Source: the human T2T-CHM13v2.0 reference genome, Homo sapiens
Assembly: GCF_009914755.1 (NCBI RefSeq)
Contig: NC_060927.1
Length of the DNA stretch: 64,000 nt
Strand: one strand, 5' to 3'
Part shown: positions 1-13,303 of the stretch, piece by piece
How the letters are laid out: each line of letters opens with the position of its first letter
Position numbering within the stretch: position 1 is the stretch's first letter
The notes under the pieces: generated by a model
What the model was told of the DNA's origin: nothing
Databases searched by the model: none
Seen by the model: only the letters and a program-made list of their open reading frames with translations
Program-made: the position numbers and the translations under genes

Positions 1-39
1 TTTGTCAATGTGCAAACTGTAAGTCTAAGTTCCTACTTC

Positions 40-632
40 TGTAAAAAGTAGAGTTTCCTCTTCAAAGACTTTCCTTCCCATCTCATTAGAAATAAATAGT
101 AACTTCTCTTAGAAGCAAAATTTATTCAAAGACCTGTGCTAACATTCTTAAATATCTGCTAGCCCTAATAAAGAAATCAATGTACTTTATGTTCTTAGCT
201 CCCACAATTTAGCCTAAATATTTGCCCTGGCATGCTTATACTAGTCCAAGCAAGCTTTAGGTCATTGCCTGTTCCTCTTCTTTATTCGAAGGTGTTTTTA
301 CTTTTTTCAGCATTCCACAAGTTATTTCCTCCTTCCTTCGTTCTCCTCTGCCTTTTCCTCTTTAAAAAAGTTCTAAATTGCTAGCCAATCGGGACAAATA
401 CAGAATGTGAGGTCCCGTTCCAGCCACTGGAAACTGGACACAGCAGTAGGGTGGATGCATCAGGTTATAAATGACCCTGTCTCCTTTGCTCAGTATACTG
501 TTGTGGCAAAACTGCTGGCGAGTGTACACTTTCTGCAGAAATTAAAAAAAAATAAAAATGGCCTTGCTGAGGAAATTAAATTTACATTCAAGTGCTATTT
601 CTTTACCGCACTGGGAACAAGCATTTCAAACA
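40..632 (+). mobile_element. ERV1 solo LTR, LTR10 family (LTR10C/E-like)
   Basis: TG...CA termini (tgtaaaaag...ttcaaaca), 5-bp near-TSD acttc/atttc, CCAAT 385-389, TATAAAT 466-472; resembles the recalled LTR10 consensus. Confidence 0.75.
228..257. promoter_or_regulatory. p53 response element (three contiguous RRRCWWGYYY half-sites)
   Basis: TGGCATGCTT / ATACTAGTCC / AAGCAAGCTT with zero spacing; LTR10 elements are known p53-site carriers. Confidence 0.7.
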
Positions 633-779
633 ATTTCAACCCTGCTGGACCGCATCAAGTGAGGGCCGGCATGGAAAAGCGGCCATGCCGAGGTGCCCCG
701 GAAGCAGCCTCCGGAGTGTGCCTCAGAGTTTCTGGCCATTTCAGCTAAGACTTTTCTTCTGACAGACTAGAAGTGAAAA

Positions 780-1482
780 AAAGAATTATTTATTTTGCTG
801 GGAAATGTGACAAAAGGTTAAAATTCTACTAGTTCATAAAATATTTGAAGCTAACTTTGTTTTTATAAATAAAATTGTATTTACAATTTAAGTTTTAGTT
901 CTCATCCTTGCTGTTATAAAAGTTATTCTAAGTTATGTCAGTCTTTGAGGGTAAATGTAGAGTATTTAAAATAGCTTATATTTGGAAAACTGAACAGTGT
1001 TTGTTGTCATGATTTTACTTTGTTCTTGACCACATTGGTCCCAGAGAAAGTCAAGGTCTTCACCCACGGATTCAAGATTCTTGTGGCAGCTGCTGAATTC
1101 TTTTCCAACAATGCTTGGGCCTCATCAGCATCATGTTTGTGCACTACCCCAGCCCCAACCACAGACATGGGCAGGAGGAACAGAGCTCTACCGTGTAGCG
1201 TCACTGCCAGTAAGAGTCTGACTCTCCCATGAAGCATTACTCTTCCTCTGCATGTATCTTAGAATTTCAAAAGCCATTTGGCCTCCATTTCTTTAGATTG
1301 TGGATAAGATCCATAAACTTGTACTGGGGTCACTGTTCCTCCAGCCTCTTTAGCACGTATCTGCAGTCTCATTTCCAGGCTGTTTCCTCTATGGGCCACT
1401 GCCTGCAGAATTCCCAGATGAATCCATTGCCCATTCCCTGTAGCCACATCTCCAAATCCACAGCCGTTCTCAGCAGCTGCCT
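780..1482 (-). pseudogene. Processed pseudogene of VBP1 (prefoldin subunit 3), heavily decayed
   Basis: Minus-strand fragments AAAENGCGFGDVATGNGQWIHLGILQAV, KQPGNETADT..VLKRLEEQ*PQYKFMDL, EILRYMQRK and DADEAQALLEKNSAAAT match VBP1 MAAVKDSCGKGEMATGNGRRLHLGIPEAV, KQPGNETADTVLKKLDEQYQKYKFMEL, EILKYMQKK and DIDEAQALLEKNLSTAT. Collinear, intronless, frameshifted; AT-rich 3'UTR-like tail with AATAAA near 790. Confidence 0.85.
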
Positions 1483-2133
1483 GCACACTCACATCCCAGA
1501 GGTCAAGTTGCCACAGCTGGTGTGTGTTTCCAGCCACTAGGCAACCCCAGGTCTTCATCTGAGCACCCAGGGCCAGAAGTCTCACCCTGTCCCCCATACC
1601 ATCCCTTCCCAGCCAGCCACAGTTTCCTTCCTTCTGTTGCTCACACAGTGCTCTCAGCCCCAGATGCCCTTCCTGACACTTCCTCCCAAGGAAACCCAAG
1701 TCCTCCGTCAGGGTCCATCCAAATGTCCACACCCTCTGGTAGCCTGCCCAGCCCCAGAGGCTCCCCTGAGCTCCCTTCCCCCATTAGAGCCTACAGAGGC
1801 AGTGCTGCCCAGCAGACATCTCGGCTGGGAGTCAAACAGAGCAAGGCTATTTTGGTCCCTCTCTCCACTCTATGTGACCCTGAAATGTGCCCTGGCCTTA
1901 GGAAACCTTCAGCTACATCAGAGAACGTGAGTATGCATGTGGTTTGTATAACACAGGCAAGACATGGTTTTTAGATACGTTCAGAATAGATAGTTACAGA
2001 GAACAGGTATGTTACATGTGGGAAGGAAGAGACACAAGGGCCAAGAGATACTTAATATGCATGAGGCTCCTGGGCACTAAATGTTCAATTCACAATGTGC
2101 CTTTATACAAGAGACACCTAAACATGCAGAACC

Positions 2134-2288
2134 ATGGGGCCTTTGTTCACCACCATTCCTGGTGCCCATTCTGGTCCCATGCGTCCTCTGCCCAAGAAAC
2201 ACGTAGAACCCATGGCAGTGCGACAGCTGCTTCTTGGCAACTCCACCATGATCAGGCACACTTGTCCCATGTCTGTCCCGTTGAGCCG
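2134..2288 (+). CDS. FAM157: FAM157 putative coding exon 1 ([10 protein letters not shown]...MSVPLS)
   Basis: accATGG strong Kozak context; donor CG|GTGTGT. Confidence 0.6.
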
Positions 2289-2973
2289 GTGTGTGTCATA
2301 AGCCCTTCAGCTGTGAGCACTCTTGCCCAGACCTCGGCTCTGGTCCTCGTGGTCACACCTGAGTGGGTGAGGTTGACTAGCAGAGAAAGAAGAGAACCGA
2401 TGAATGTTGACAGCACAGGAATCAGGTCATACGGCCCTCCCATCTCCTTCCCTCAGCTTCTTGCTGTGTTTTACGAATGGATTTTATAAACCTGTGATTC
2501 GAGCATCCTCAGTTGCTTCTCGAGCCTTTCCGCTCCATGAACTCTGGGACAGCTTGCCTGGTACTGCAACTGGAGGACATCAATCATTGCATCCAGAGAG
2601 CTTCCCACATGACAGTCTGTGAGCAAGGGACTTCGCCTCCCTGGATGGTGGTTTTCTTTTATGTAAAAGATGTGATCGTAGTCTCTATTTCTCAAGGGTG
2701 CTGTGAGAAACACACAGAATAAGGCCACGTGAAAGTGTGTGGCAGGTAGCGGATGCTCAGTAACGTGAAGCCTGCCCTTCCCGTAGCCTTTCTCTTCCTC
2801 CACTGGGTCTAGACTTCACATTGTCCATGGTTCGAGATCCTTGGTTCATCCCGAGTCTTATCATCATCCCAGAAGCTTGGAGGGAGCTCCTGGGGAAATC
2901 CAGCTTCACGGTCCCACACTGATCACTTCCCCTGGGCATGGCCTGGTAAATGCAGCTCAGATCCGCTCCCCAG

Positions 2974-3024
2974 GCAAGTCAAGGAAGTTGCTGCCCAGAA
3001 ACCAAGTGAGGACATTTACAAGAA

Positions 3025-3065
<41 letters not shown>

Positions 3066-3171
3066 TGGATTTGCTTTTTCACCAGAGGATCCAGATTTCC
3101 CTGTGGCCTCGCAAACAAAAAAGAAGGAAGACGGAGCAGCACAGTCATCCCTTTGTGAAAAAGGCATTCAG
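2974..3171 (+). CDS. FAM157: FAM157 putative coding exon 2 with polyQ
   Basis: ccccag|G...TTCAG|gtaact; [19 protein letters not shown]12[35 protein letters not shown]. Confidence 0.65.
3029..3064 (+). repeat. (CAG)11CAA trinucleotide repeat
   Basis: Direct count. Confidence 0.98.
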
Positions 3172-5383
3172 GTAACTGAGTGACTCAGCAAGCCTGGGTC
3201 TTGGGGAAATTACGAATACCTGGTTGAAGGGCAGTCCTCAGGCAGAGCCCCTGAGACCCGTTGAACTCTAGAGTGTGGGAGCAGAGGAGATTCAGGGCCT
3301 GCCCAGGGGCAGAGTGCCCCCAGGACTCGCCCTGGCTCAGTTAAGGACTCCCCTCAGGATCTGCAGAGGTGCAAGGCAGGGTGCAGCTCTGCCTGGACTG
3401 AGCTGGAAATGCAGCCGTGTGGCTGAAGTGGCCACTTCCTGCTTTCTGTAAAGCAGCCACGGGGACCTGTGAACAGGTAAGACCCTTACTCTTGATTACT
3501 GAAGAACTAGAACCCAGGCTCCCTTGACCTTCTCTCCAAAAACCCAGATGACACGAGGACCCTCTCCCAGCTGAAGGGGCAGATTCATGCTTTAGAGTGT
3601 GGGGAGTCAGCGTGGGGGCACGTGAGTGTTTAGCTTAGGTGTGGGCCTCACAAAAGAGTCAAAACAAGCCAGCCAGGACTCCAGCAGCCTTCATTGTGTG
3701 AGAGATGCCAGCACTGTGGCCACAGCCTGACAGCTGCGCAGGCCACATAATGTGTGGGGCCGAGTGGAAAACGTGGGTTTTTTTTTGTTGTTGTTGTTCA
3801 AAATCATGAGCTTCCAGGGGCGGCAGCAGAGCTTTAAACTACTCTGGGGCCCTTCTGAGCACAGGACTTGGTATGACTGCACAGGGATACCTGGCAGGCC
3901 AGGTGCAGGGACAGAGCGGTCTGCCCAGAGGCCAGCAGGTCCCCAGTCAGTGTCTGGCACCAGCTCCCTTCATGACCTGGGCTGGCTCAGTTCCACGGGA
4001 CTCCCAAGGCTGGAGGCTTCCCTGGAACATCATCCTCAGGGATTTCCCAACAGGAGCAGCCTCTGGCTTCAGATCTGTCCTTGTTTGACTCATAAATTAT
4101 CACTCAGACTGAGAAAATTAACACTCAGTGATTCCTGAAAGGGTGCCCAGTGCAATAGATAATTTTCAAAGTGAGTTCATCGGGGGATTTAATAGCCAGG
4201 CAATGTCCATTAAAACAGCGACAAACATGGGGAGAAAAGGAATAGTTCCAACTGGAAACTCATGCTGGCTTGACAGTTGTTCTCAGGGAGCAGAACAGAA
4301 GTGGGCATTTTCATTCTGGTTACACCATCAGCGATACCTCCACGGAGCCTCTCAGCTGGTTCCTCCTGGGTCTGGGCCACAGGCCTCCCAGTATTGCCGG
4401 TCTCGGAAGACATCTGTGGGCAGGTTCTGTAGAGGGAATCTGAGGCTGTGTGGGATGAGCTGCAGGACCCCATGTGGGGAAAGGCAGGAGGCAGCACCAG
4501 CTCCTTCACCAGGACCTGAGGGTACTGTGGCTCATCAGGGGCCATCGAGGACATGGAGACCCTGCACAGTGTTTGAGGAGTCCTGCTACATCAGTTTATT
4601 CTGGTTTAGGTGGTTGAGGGGAGACTCAGTGAAGTCTTGGGGGTTCAGAGCTACACTGCCAGCCTCTGGGACAGCAGCCCCAGTGTCCCCCGACCCAGGC
4701 CTTTCTCCTCCCTGCTGATGAACGCCCACTCTGCTCCCAGATGCACACCTGTCCTGAAGACACCCGGTTCTCATGCTCTTCTCTGCAGCACCTGAATTGG
4801 GCATTCCTGGGTAAAGCTGTTTAAGTTACTTTCACTTTTATCCACTTGTTTCCGTTATTTCAACCATGCATGTCCCTTGTGTATGTAGGATAAAGGTGTC
4901 TAAGAATAAAGGTCCATGATTTAAAGTTTTTTCCTCTTCTTTCCCTGTCCTGACCACCTGATCATAAACTTGTAGAAATAAAGTGGATCTCATGTTGTGT
5001 ATCTTTCGATGCATCTAGAGAGATGGTTATATTCATATAAATAAACGGGCACATCCAGCACACTATTTCTAGTTGTCGTCTGCTAATAAGTTTACATCTG
5101 GTAAATGCCAGTGTTTCATCAAATGGCTGCATTGCACATGAGTCAATCTGTGTGACAAAGAATATGGCAGGTTTTGTACAGCCTTTGTAAAGACGTTCTT
5201 CAATGCTGCCTTTTAAAATAGAAATGTTAAATCCTGTAACTAATCAACCTATGCCTTGTTAGAGGGCTGACATTTTCAATAATTCCTTTACAAAGGGTAG
5301 TGAGATGCATCAGATCCCCCAGTGGCCCCCAAGTAGGGACAGTGACAGTCAGCAGTTCTTTACGGACACCTGCTCCGTGGCAG

Positions 5384-5534
5384 GTTCTCCGCCGGCCCTG
5401 GCTGCGGGCGGCCCTCATCTAACAAGATGCTTCGGTCCATGGGTGGAGGACAAAGGCCTACGGGCTTGGGGAGCGAGTTCTTTCGTCTCCTACATGACCT
5501 TCATCTGCTCGCGTTTGCCATGAAGCGCATCTGG
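5384..5534 (+). CDS. FAM157: FAM157 putative coding exon 3
   Basis: ggcag|GTTCTCC...ATCTGG|gttgga; [50 protein letters not shown]; weak donor. Confidence 0.55.
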
Positions 5535-6767
5535 GTTGGAAGGAGATGGTGGTTTCCCACGGAAGTCTGGTCCCTAAGTGACGCCTCTGCTGCCTACATC
5601 AGAATCTCCCAGGCTTGCTCCACAGTGGTCCCGTCATGTGGTGCAGACTCAGGCGCTGTCTTGTGTGTGCAGAGGCAGGCTTGGTCTTGTGTGCTCTTGA
5701 TCATGCACCTAGTCACATCTGTTCTACAGTGTTGCATTCTTCTAATTTCCATGCACATCTTTGCATAGGCGTGTTCCCATTGTTCCCATGCCAATAAGTG
5801 GTGTGCAAGGTTCCAGAGTGCGCCAGTATTTCTTTAGTCGGTGTCATGCTGTTGGATATTCAGGTTTTTTAACCTAGTGTAAATAACATTCACATTTCTA
5901 AAAACCAGAAGAGTGTTTGTGATTAAGATATCATCTTAGTGGATATTAAATTGCTGCATCTGATTTCATTTCTCTTTCCCAAATAGTCAGTTGTGTGGGC
6001 TAGTCTCATTCTGAAACTGCACACTCCCATCCCAGAGGTAGAAAGCGAGATCTCCTGCCTGCATTTCATGGAGCATGTGATTATGGAGGTGTCCAGTCCC
6101 AGCAAACAGACCCCACATTCTTTTCCTTCAGTGACTCAGACGCAATATGTGGAGAGTCCCAGACAGTATCGCTCCCTCACGTTCATTAACCTCCAGAGAT
6201 TAAACGTCACCTGATACACAGAACTGTGGGTTCCCCGTTTGGCTAAGCATCAGGTGCAGCCAGGTTCTTACCTAGGTGCACGTGACAAGGTGCTGCCAGA
6301 TGCCACCAGCGCGGACAGTCAGTGAGCCCACCTCATCAGAGGGCACATGAGATCCCCAAATGAGAAAGAACTCTAAGGAGCCAAAATCTGCCAAGATGGG
6401 TACATTAAAGCTTGCAACTTTGCACGTGAGTGCACCCTCAGACTCAGCCAGTTTATTCTCCTTTGCAGTCCATTCTGAAAAGTCCAGCCAGATGATGGCT
6501 AAAGAGTAGAGAATGGAAGGTGGAAGGCGGTTGCTGCTTGCAGAAGAGGCACGCTGGCAGCATTGGCAGGGAGGAGGAGACTGGAAACTGAGTAGCAGAT
6601 CCGAGAAACCAAAATGCTCAGCAAATGAGGGCAGGTGGCATGGAGCTACTTCCCTGGGTCCAAGAGCCTAATTACGTTATTGTTCCATAAGTTCATGGCC
6701 TGCGGTCATCAGGGAAAATAAAACACTGACTAGGGGTCGGTCTTTTCTGTTTAGAGGAGGCTCCCTG

Positions 6768-6998
6768 AAACCTCCCCCTCCCGGGTTCAAGCGATTCTCC
6801 TGCCTTAGCCTCCCGAGTAGCTGGAACTATAGGCGCCCGCCACCACTCCCGGCTAATTTTTTTTTTGTTTTTTTGTTTTTTGTAGAGACGGGGTTTCACC
6901 GTGTTAGCCAGGATGGTCTCGATCTCCTGACCTCGCGATCCGCCCGCCTCGGCCTCCCAAAGTGCTGGGATTACAGGCGTGAGCCACCGCGCCCGGCC
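6768..6998 (-). mobile_element. Partial Alu (AluY/Sc-like, lacks 3' end)
   Basis: Alu consensus ending gagccaccgcgcccggcc. Confidence 0.92.
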
Positions 6999-7500
6999 TC
7001 AGCAGGTTTTTCAAAAGTCATGGCGTGTAATTGTCCGAACAGTGAACTTCGGAGATCCACCGGAGGGGCGAGGCCACAGCTCGACCGCGAGCACCTGAGC
7101 ATCTTGCACCGCCTGCGACGGCCGTCAGGGGGCGCGATGCCGCCTCACAGAACCTCAAGCGGCGCCCGGGTTCCGGCACAGACGGCCTGCGGCTCCAGGG
7201 GGCGGAGCCGAGCCGTCTCCTCAGGACCTACGCAGGAGGCGCCGTCATCCCTACAGGGACACCTGAGAGGGCCCAGCCTCCTCCTCCTCAGGACCCACTC
7301 GGGAGACGCCGCTGGCTCTCTAGGAACACCTGGGGACCGTGGCCAGGGACGACCCAGCCTCCTTCTCCTCAGCTCCTCAGGAACGACTGGGGAAGCTGTG
7401 GCTTCATGGTCCCCGAGGCTGCCCGAGGAAAGGTGAGGAAAAAGCTTTCTGTCCCGGCTCAGTGCTGAGGAGGCCGCGCTGCCTCGCGCTCCACTTTCTC
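6990..7500. promoter_or_regulatory. CpG-island-like segment with two CTCF-like motifs (7119-7137, 7190-7206)
   Basis: High GC/CpG density; GGCCGTCAGGGGGCGCG and GGCTCCAGGGGGCGG resemble the CTCF core CCASYAGRKGGCRS. Confidence 0.6.
7055..7432 (+). CDS. FAM157: FAM157 putative coding exon 4
   Basis: 126 stop-free codons [10 protein letters not shown]...[10 protein letters not shown]; strong donor AAG|GTGAGG, weak acceptor (gAG). Confidence 0.55.
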
Positions 7501-7815
7501 AAGTTGTATTTATTTTATTTTACAAAGTGGCCCATCATTAAGTGGCTTTGTTATTCATTATTACAGCATACCTGAGTTGTTTCATTTTTTAATTTTTGAC
7601 CAATTTGGGTTTGTTTGGGGTGGATCCGGGACAGAGAAGGGAGAAACCCTGAGGGCAACATGGAGAGCCCCAGGGAGACGCGCACCCCACGACTTGCTTT
7701 TATTTGCGTTCCAGTGGCTCGTTTTTCTTAGAGTGTTAAAGTACTTGAAAAATATTGAAGAGCAGATGTAGATGTGAGTTTTCACAACCGTATTTTAAGT
7801 GTAAATACTGGACTT

Positions 7816-8158
7816 TGTTAAAAGGATTTGAGGTAAAATAAATTTAAGCGGAGTTTATTTCAGCAAAGGAATGGTTCATGAATCACGCGGGAAGCACCAG
7901 AACGGAAATCGGCTTGGGGCTTCGAGCTCTTAGGGTGGCCCCTAAGTGAGGCTCCTCAGTGGCTCCAGCTAGGCCACCGCCTGTTGTGGGGATGGTTCCC
8001 TCAGCGGCCCTAGTCATACAGCCAACTGGCTGCTGGGCTTTTTGGCATTGACTGTGGTTGGTTTGTTAATTTTTTTAAGTCAGTTCAAATGCCTCCAAGT
8101 TCGGTTTCTGTTTGCTTAGGGAAGGCCTCAGGCTAACCCCCGCCGTATTTGCTTTAAC
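7816..8158. mobile_element. Old ERV1 (MER4-group) LTR-like fragment
   Basis: tgttaaaa...tttaaca termini and LTR-like content; subfamily not identified. Confidence 0.5.
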
Positions 8159-8401
8159 ATGTCAAAACCATAATTTATTTTTCATTTTACTTTCCTGGCA
8201 TTAATAGAAGTAAATTCACATTTGTGTGTTATTCAGAAAGTCGGTTTAATTGGCAGCCTATTTGTGATGGTGCATAAAGTAATGTCTTTTAATCATTGGC
8301 ATCTTAGATTAGATGAAATATGTTAACTCTCTTAAGCTTTGTTATTAACCCATAACAAGAGTTAAGTTTCTTTTTTTCTCCTAGGCTTTGACCATTTAAA
8401 A

Positions 8402-9335
8402 TACACTCAGGCATCTCGTAACGATGTTATACTTTCTGAGAAATCTGTCCTTAGGTGATTTCATCTTTGTGTGAACACTGTAGAGTGTCCTTATAAAACT
8501 TAGATGGTGTAGCCCACTCCACACCTAAGTTACATAGTATAGCCTATTGCTCCCAGGCTACGAACCTGTACAGCATGTCTCTGTACTGAATGCTGTAGTC
8601 AACCATAACACCATGGTGATTGTAGATTGTGATCCCAGAATATCTGAGACAGGTCTCAGTCAATTTAGAAAGCTTATTTTGCCAAGATTAAGGACACGCC
8701 CATGACACAGCCTCAGGAGGTCCTGACGACGTGTGTCCAAGGTGGCCAGGGTAGAGCTTGCTTTTGTACATTTTAGGGATACATGAGACGTGTAAGATGT
8801 ACAGTCATTTGGCCCAGTAAGGCGGGACAACTGGAAGCAGGAAGTGGGGGTGCTTCCAGGTCAGAAGTAGGTTAGAGACAAAAGGTTGCATTCTTTTGAA
8901 TCCTTCATCAGCCTTCCACTGAATACACAATTTAGTCTGGCTCAATGAATCTGCATTTTTACATAAATAATAGGGCAGAGGAAGCAATCAGATATGCATC
9001 TGTCTCAGGTGAGGGATGACTTTGAGTGCTGTCTGTCCTTTGTCCAAAAGGAAATTCTTTGTGGGCAAATTGTGAGTGAGGTATGTAGCTTTTTATCTTT
9101 GTAGCTATCTTAGGAATAGAATGAGGGCAGGTTTGCCTGACATAGCTCCCAGCTTGACTTTTCCCTTGGCTTAGTGATTTGGGGGTCCTGAGATTTATTT
9201 TCCTTTCATGGTATCAGAACAGAGAAAAGGTAATGCGTTGAGCCATGAGCTTATGACAAGATGGCTAGGAAGGAATTTTTCAGCTCCATTTTTATCTCAT
9301 GGGACCACCATCGTATGTATGCAATGCACGAGTGT
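8402..9335 (+). mobile_element. Tigger3/MER7 DNA transposon split by an LTR insertion (pieces about 8402-8620 and 9208-9335)
   Basis: ...ttctgagaaat...tagcctattgctcccaggctacgaacctgtacagcatg... and the 3' part catgggaccaccatcgtat match the recalled Tigger3 consensus. Confidence 0.75.
8628..9207 (-). mobile_element. MER4A-type solo LTR nested in Tigger3
   Basis: Reverse complement starts tgaaaggaaaataaatctcaggacccccaaatcactaagccaagggaaaagtcaagctggga. Confidence 0.8.
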
Positions 9336-10120
9336 AAAATCACATTTAGTTAAGTCAGCTTACACTAAGCTATGGACCCAGATGGTCCTGGGGCCTTTTT
9401 CCACTGGGAGATCTTTAAGGACCTTTCTTAGCTTTTCTATGCTAATTGGTATATTCATAGTTGCCTTATTTCAGTGCCCATTTTGTTAATGTGTATTTTT
9501 ACTAGGAAATCACCCATTTTTTCTAGGTTTCCAGTTTGATGCAATTATTTGACTTTTAATTTCTCCTCTGTTTTTAGTTTTGTACATAATTTTCCTATCT
9601 ACTTTTGCACTCTTTTTTCCATCAACAATGTTTTTAAAATATACTTTTTAGCTTTTTTTGAAGAATTGTTATGTTTGACAATTTTTTATGACCTAATCAT
9701 GACCGTAAATGATTTTTAATTAATTTCAGCTTAATGTCTTTTGTAGGGCACAACTGTTAAAATACAAAATTACAACAAATGTGGGTTTGCAGATCTTAAT
9801 TGGCTTTTTTTGTGGTTCTAGAATCAGGCAGCAGTCCAGACCAAAAATGGTTCAGAATGATCTGCCACACAACATGTGCGGGTTATATTTATAGCCAGAG
9901 AAAAAAAGTGACATACAGAAGACAGAAGTGAGGTATAGAGGTGGCTGGATTGGTTACAGACCTGGTTACAGCCCGGATTTGCCTTCTTGGAACTTGTTTT
10001 GAACAGCTGGCTGCCGGCCATTGACTGACACTCGGCTGATGTGATTGGCTGAACCGCCGCTATTTGTTACCATGATACATTCCCAAGTCAGATTTACAGT
10101 TTGTTTCTATACTAAATTAG

Positions 10121-10444
<324 letters not shown>

Positions 10445-11028
10445 GCGACTCTTTACAAGGACTCCTTGGGAGGCTTCTAGAGCCCAAATGTTGTTTGATG
10501 TAAGAATTCCTCCCTTTTGGTCAGCCTCTCAATTTTGAGATATTGATCAAAACTTTGGGCATTGGTGTCACTCTTTGTTATCGTTGTAAATTGAGTTATT
10601 AGGACTTATTTGCTTTCAGTGTGGCATTTTCAAGTTTTATTTGGTCTCAGTGCCCTCTGGGCAATAGCAGAACACTGTGTTGTGTAAGGCGGAAATAGAG
10701 CAATAGAAAATAACAACTGATTTGTTAATAACAGATTACTTCAAGTTACTTGTTTTGGTAAGAATTAAAGCAGAGGGGACTTCTTTATGCTGACTCAGGT
10801 AGACTGGAATCTCTTCAGGGAAAAAGGGAGCTCTTTTGGGATCTATCTACTTCCTTAAAGTTTCAGCTTCGTTGTGTGTCATTCAGCGTGAGTGTCTCCA
10901 TTCTGGTTTTGCCTGCTCAGTGTGGCCTAATGCGGGAGTGGTGACCGAAACAATGACCTCCCGTAGTTTGTTCCACAGTTCTCCCCTTTTGGTTGGGTTC
11001 CTGCCTAGGTGAGGGTGTGACTAAAACC

Positions 11029-11224
11029 TTAGGGCATTAGCAGTATTCTCAGTAACTATCATTTTAGGGTTCCGGTCTTAGGGCATTAGCACTATTCTCA
11101 GTAACTATCATTTTAGGTTTCCGGTCTTAGGGCATTAGCACTATTCTCAGTAACTATCATTTTAGGTTTCCGGTCTTAGGGCATTAGCACTATCCTCAGT
11201 AACTATCATTTTAGGGTTCCGGTC
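11029..11224. repeat. 49-bp minisatellite x4
   Basis: Unit ttagggcattagcactattctcagtaactatcattttaggtttccggtc at 11029, 11078, 11127, 11176. Confidence 0.97.
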
Positions 11225-12018
11225 TCAACACGTCATTTAAGAAGTCAGTAAAGCTTTCTTCTATTGTGACAGCATATTTAATACTGAGAAGGAAAAGAAA
11301 ATTTTTATCTTGCGAATGTGAGCTTCCTCTAAATTATCAGGTCCAGAGAGGCGTGGGAATGAGGCAGCAGTCACGTCCCATTTCCCGCTTAGCTAAGTAA
11401 TCATATCTTGAAGCTGCTTGCTATGTAGACTAGACTGACTGTCATCAGCTATAGATTAACCTAAGAGTGTCTTTGAATATTTTTTCCAGTGGCAAATATT
11501 TGCTTCTGTTGTATCGTAGCTGAAAGGAATGCTGGGAAACAAAATAAAGGCAAGCATTCATTAGAATAAGTGATCCAGTCACAATGAATCAATTTGAACT
11601 TTTTTTTTTTCGCAAAGTCATACTTTGAAAACGTCCAGCCGTAAATTGAAATAGTCTCCAAAATGTGAATTTTTTTCCCTGGTTCTAAGATGACCAGCTT
11701 TCTTAGAGAGTGAACTACACCATAAGGAAAATGATATGACCATGTTTACACATATATGTTATCTTAACATAAAACATGTAAAAGGGGCATTTCTTTGAAA
11801 GTATATATTAGTCTGTATAATTTACTTTGCAGTATCATGAATGCTCTTATTTTTAAAAGTAGTAGTAGTTACTGTCAATTACTAATTTTTAGTACAAATA
11901 ATTTAGCAGATATCTGAAAAAATTACAATTTTTAAATAGAGGTTTTATTTTAAATTAGTTTTAGATTCATACAGAAATTGGGAAGAAAATGCAGATTTCC
12001 CATGTAGACGCAACCTAG

Positions 12019-12423
<405 letters not shown>

Positions 12424-12689
12424 TAAGCTCACATCTTATTTGGTTTCCCTTAGTTCTGCCTTTTTCTCTCCCAGGATCCTATCTAGGATCCCATAGGACA
12501 TTTAGTCATCATGTCAGGCTCTTCTTGGCTGTGACAATCTCTCAGACTTTACTTCTGAGGACCTGGAACAGTGTTAGGAGGATCGGTCAGGTATTGTGTA
12601 GAATGTCCTCCATTGTGGTTTACTTGGGGTTTTTCTCATAATCAGCCTGGGTTTAGGGGTTTGGGGGAAGCAGAGCAGATGTGTAGTGT

Positions 12690-13303
12690 GTCCACAAAAA
12701 GAGTCAAAGACTGTAAAATATTTTAAGAGATGTATTCTGAGCCAAATATGAGTGACCATGGCCCTTGACACAGCCCTCAGGAGACCCTGAGAACATGTGC
12801 CCAAGGTCGTTGGGGTGCAGGTTGGTTCTATACATTTTAGGGAGATAGGAGACATCAATCAAGTGTATTTAAGATATATATTGGTTCGGTCCAGGAAGGT
12901 GGGACAACCCAATGGATTAGGGTGGGGGGGGGGCTTCCAGGTTATAGGTACATTTAAAATTTTTCTGATTGGCAGTTTGTTGAAAGACTTACTATCAATA
13001 GAAAGGAGTGTCTGGGTTATGTTAAGGGGTTATGGAGACCAAGGTTTTATCATGGAAATGAAGCTTCCAGGTAGCAGGCTTCAGAGAGAATAGATTGTAA
13101 ATGTTTCTTATCAGATTTAAGGTTGTGTTGATGTTAAATGCTGATTGGCTTTTCCTGAATTCCAAAAGGGAGGAGGGCATAATGAGGCGTGTCTGACCAC
13201 CTCTTTCCCATCATAGCCTGAACCAGTCTTCCAGGTTAACTTTGGTGTCCCCTGGTGGAGAGGTGGTTGGGGGAAAGATCTTTGAATTTTATTTTTGGTT
13301 TGC
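12690..13303 (-). mobile_element. MER4B/D/E-type solo LTR
   Basis: Reverse complement starts tgcaaaccaaaaataaaattc and contains gcctcattatgccctcctcccttttggaattcagg. Confidence 0.75.

Noticed and set aside
2957-3148. Minus-strand poly-Leu ORF resembling a signal or transmembrane peptide
   Set aside because: The hydrophobic run is just the CTG strand of the CAG repeat; no other support
4340-5545. Minus-strand AG/GT-bounded segments suggesting an antisense ancestral gene
   Set aside because: Translations contain stops and match nothing I recognise; cannot support without a search
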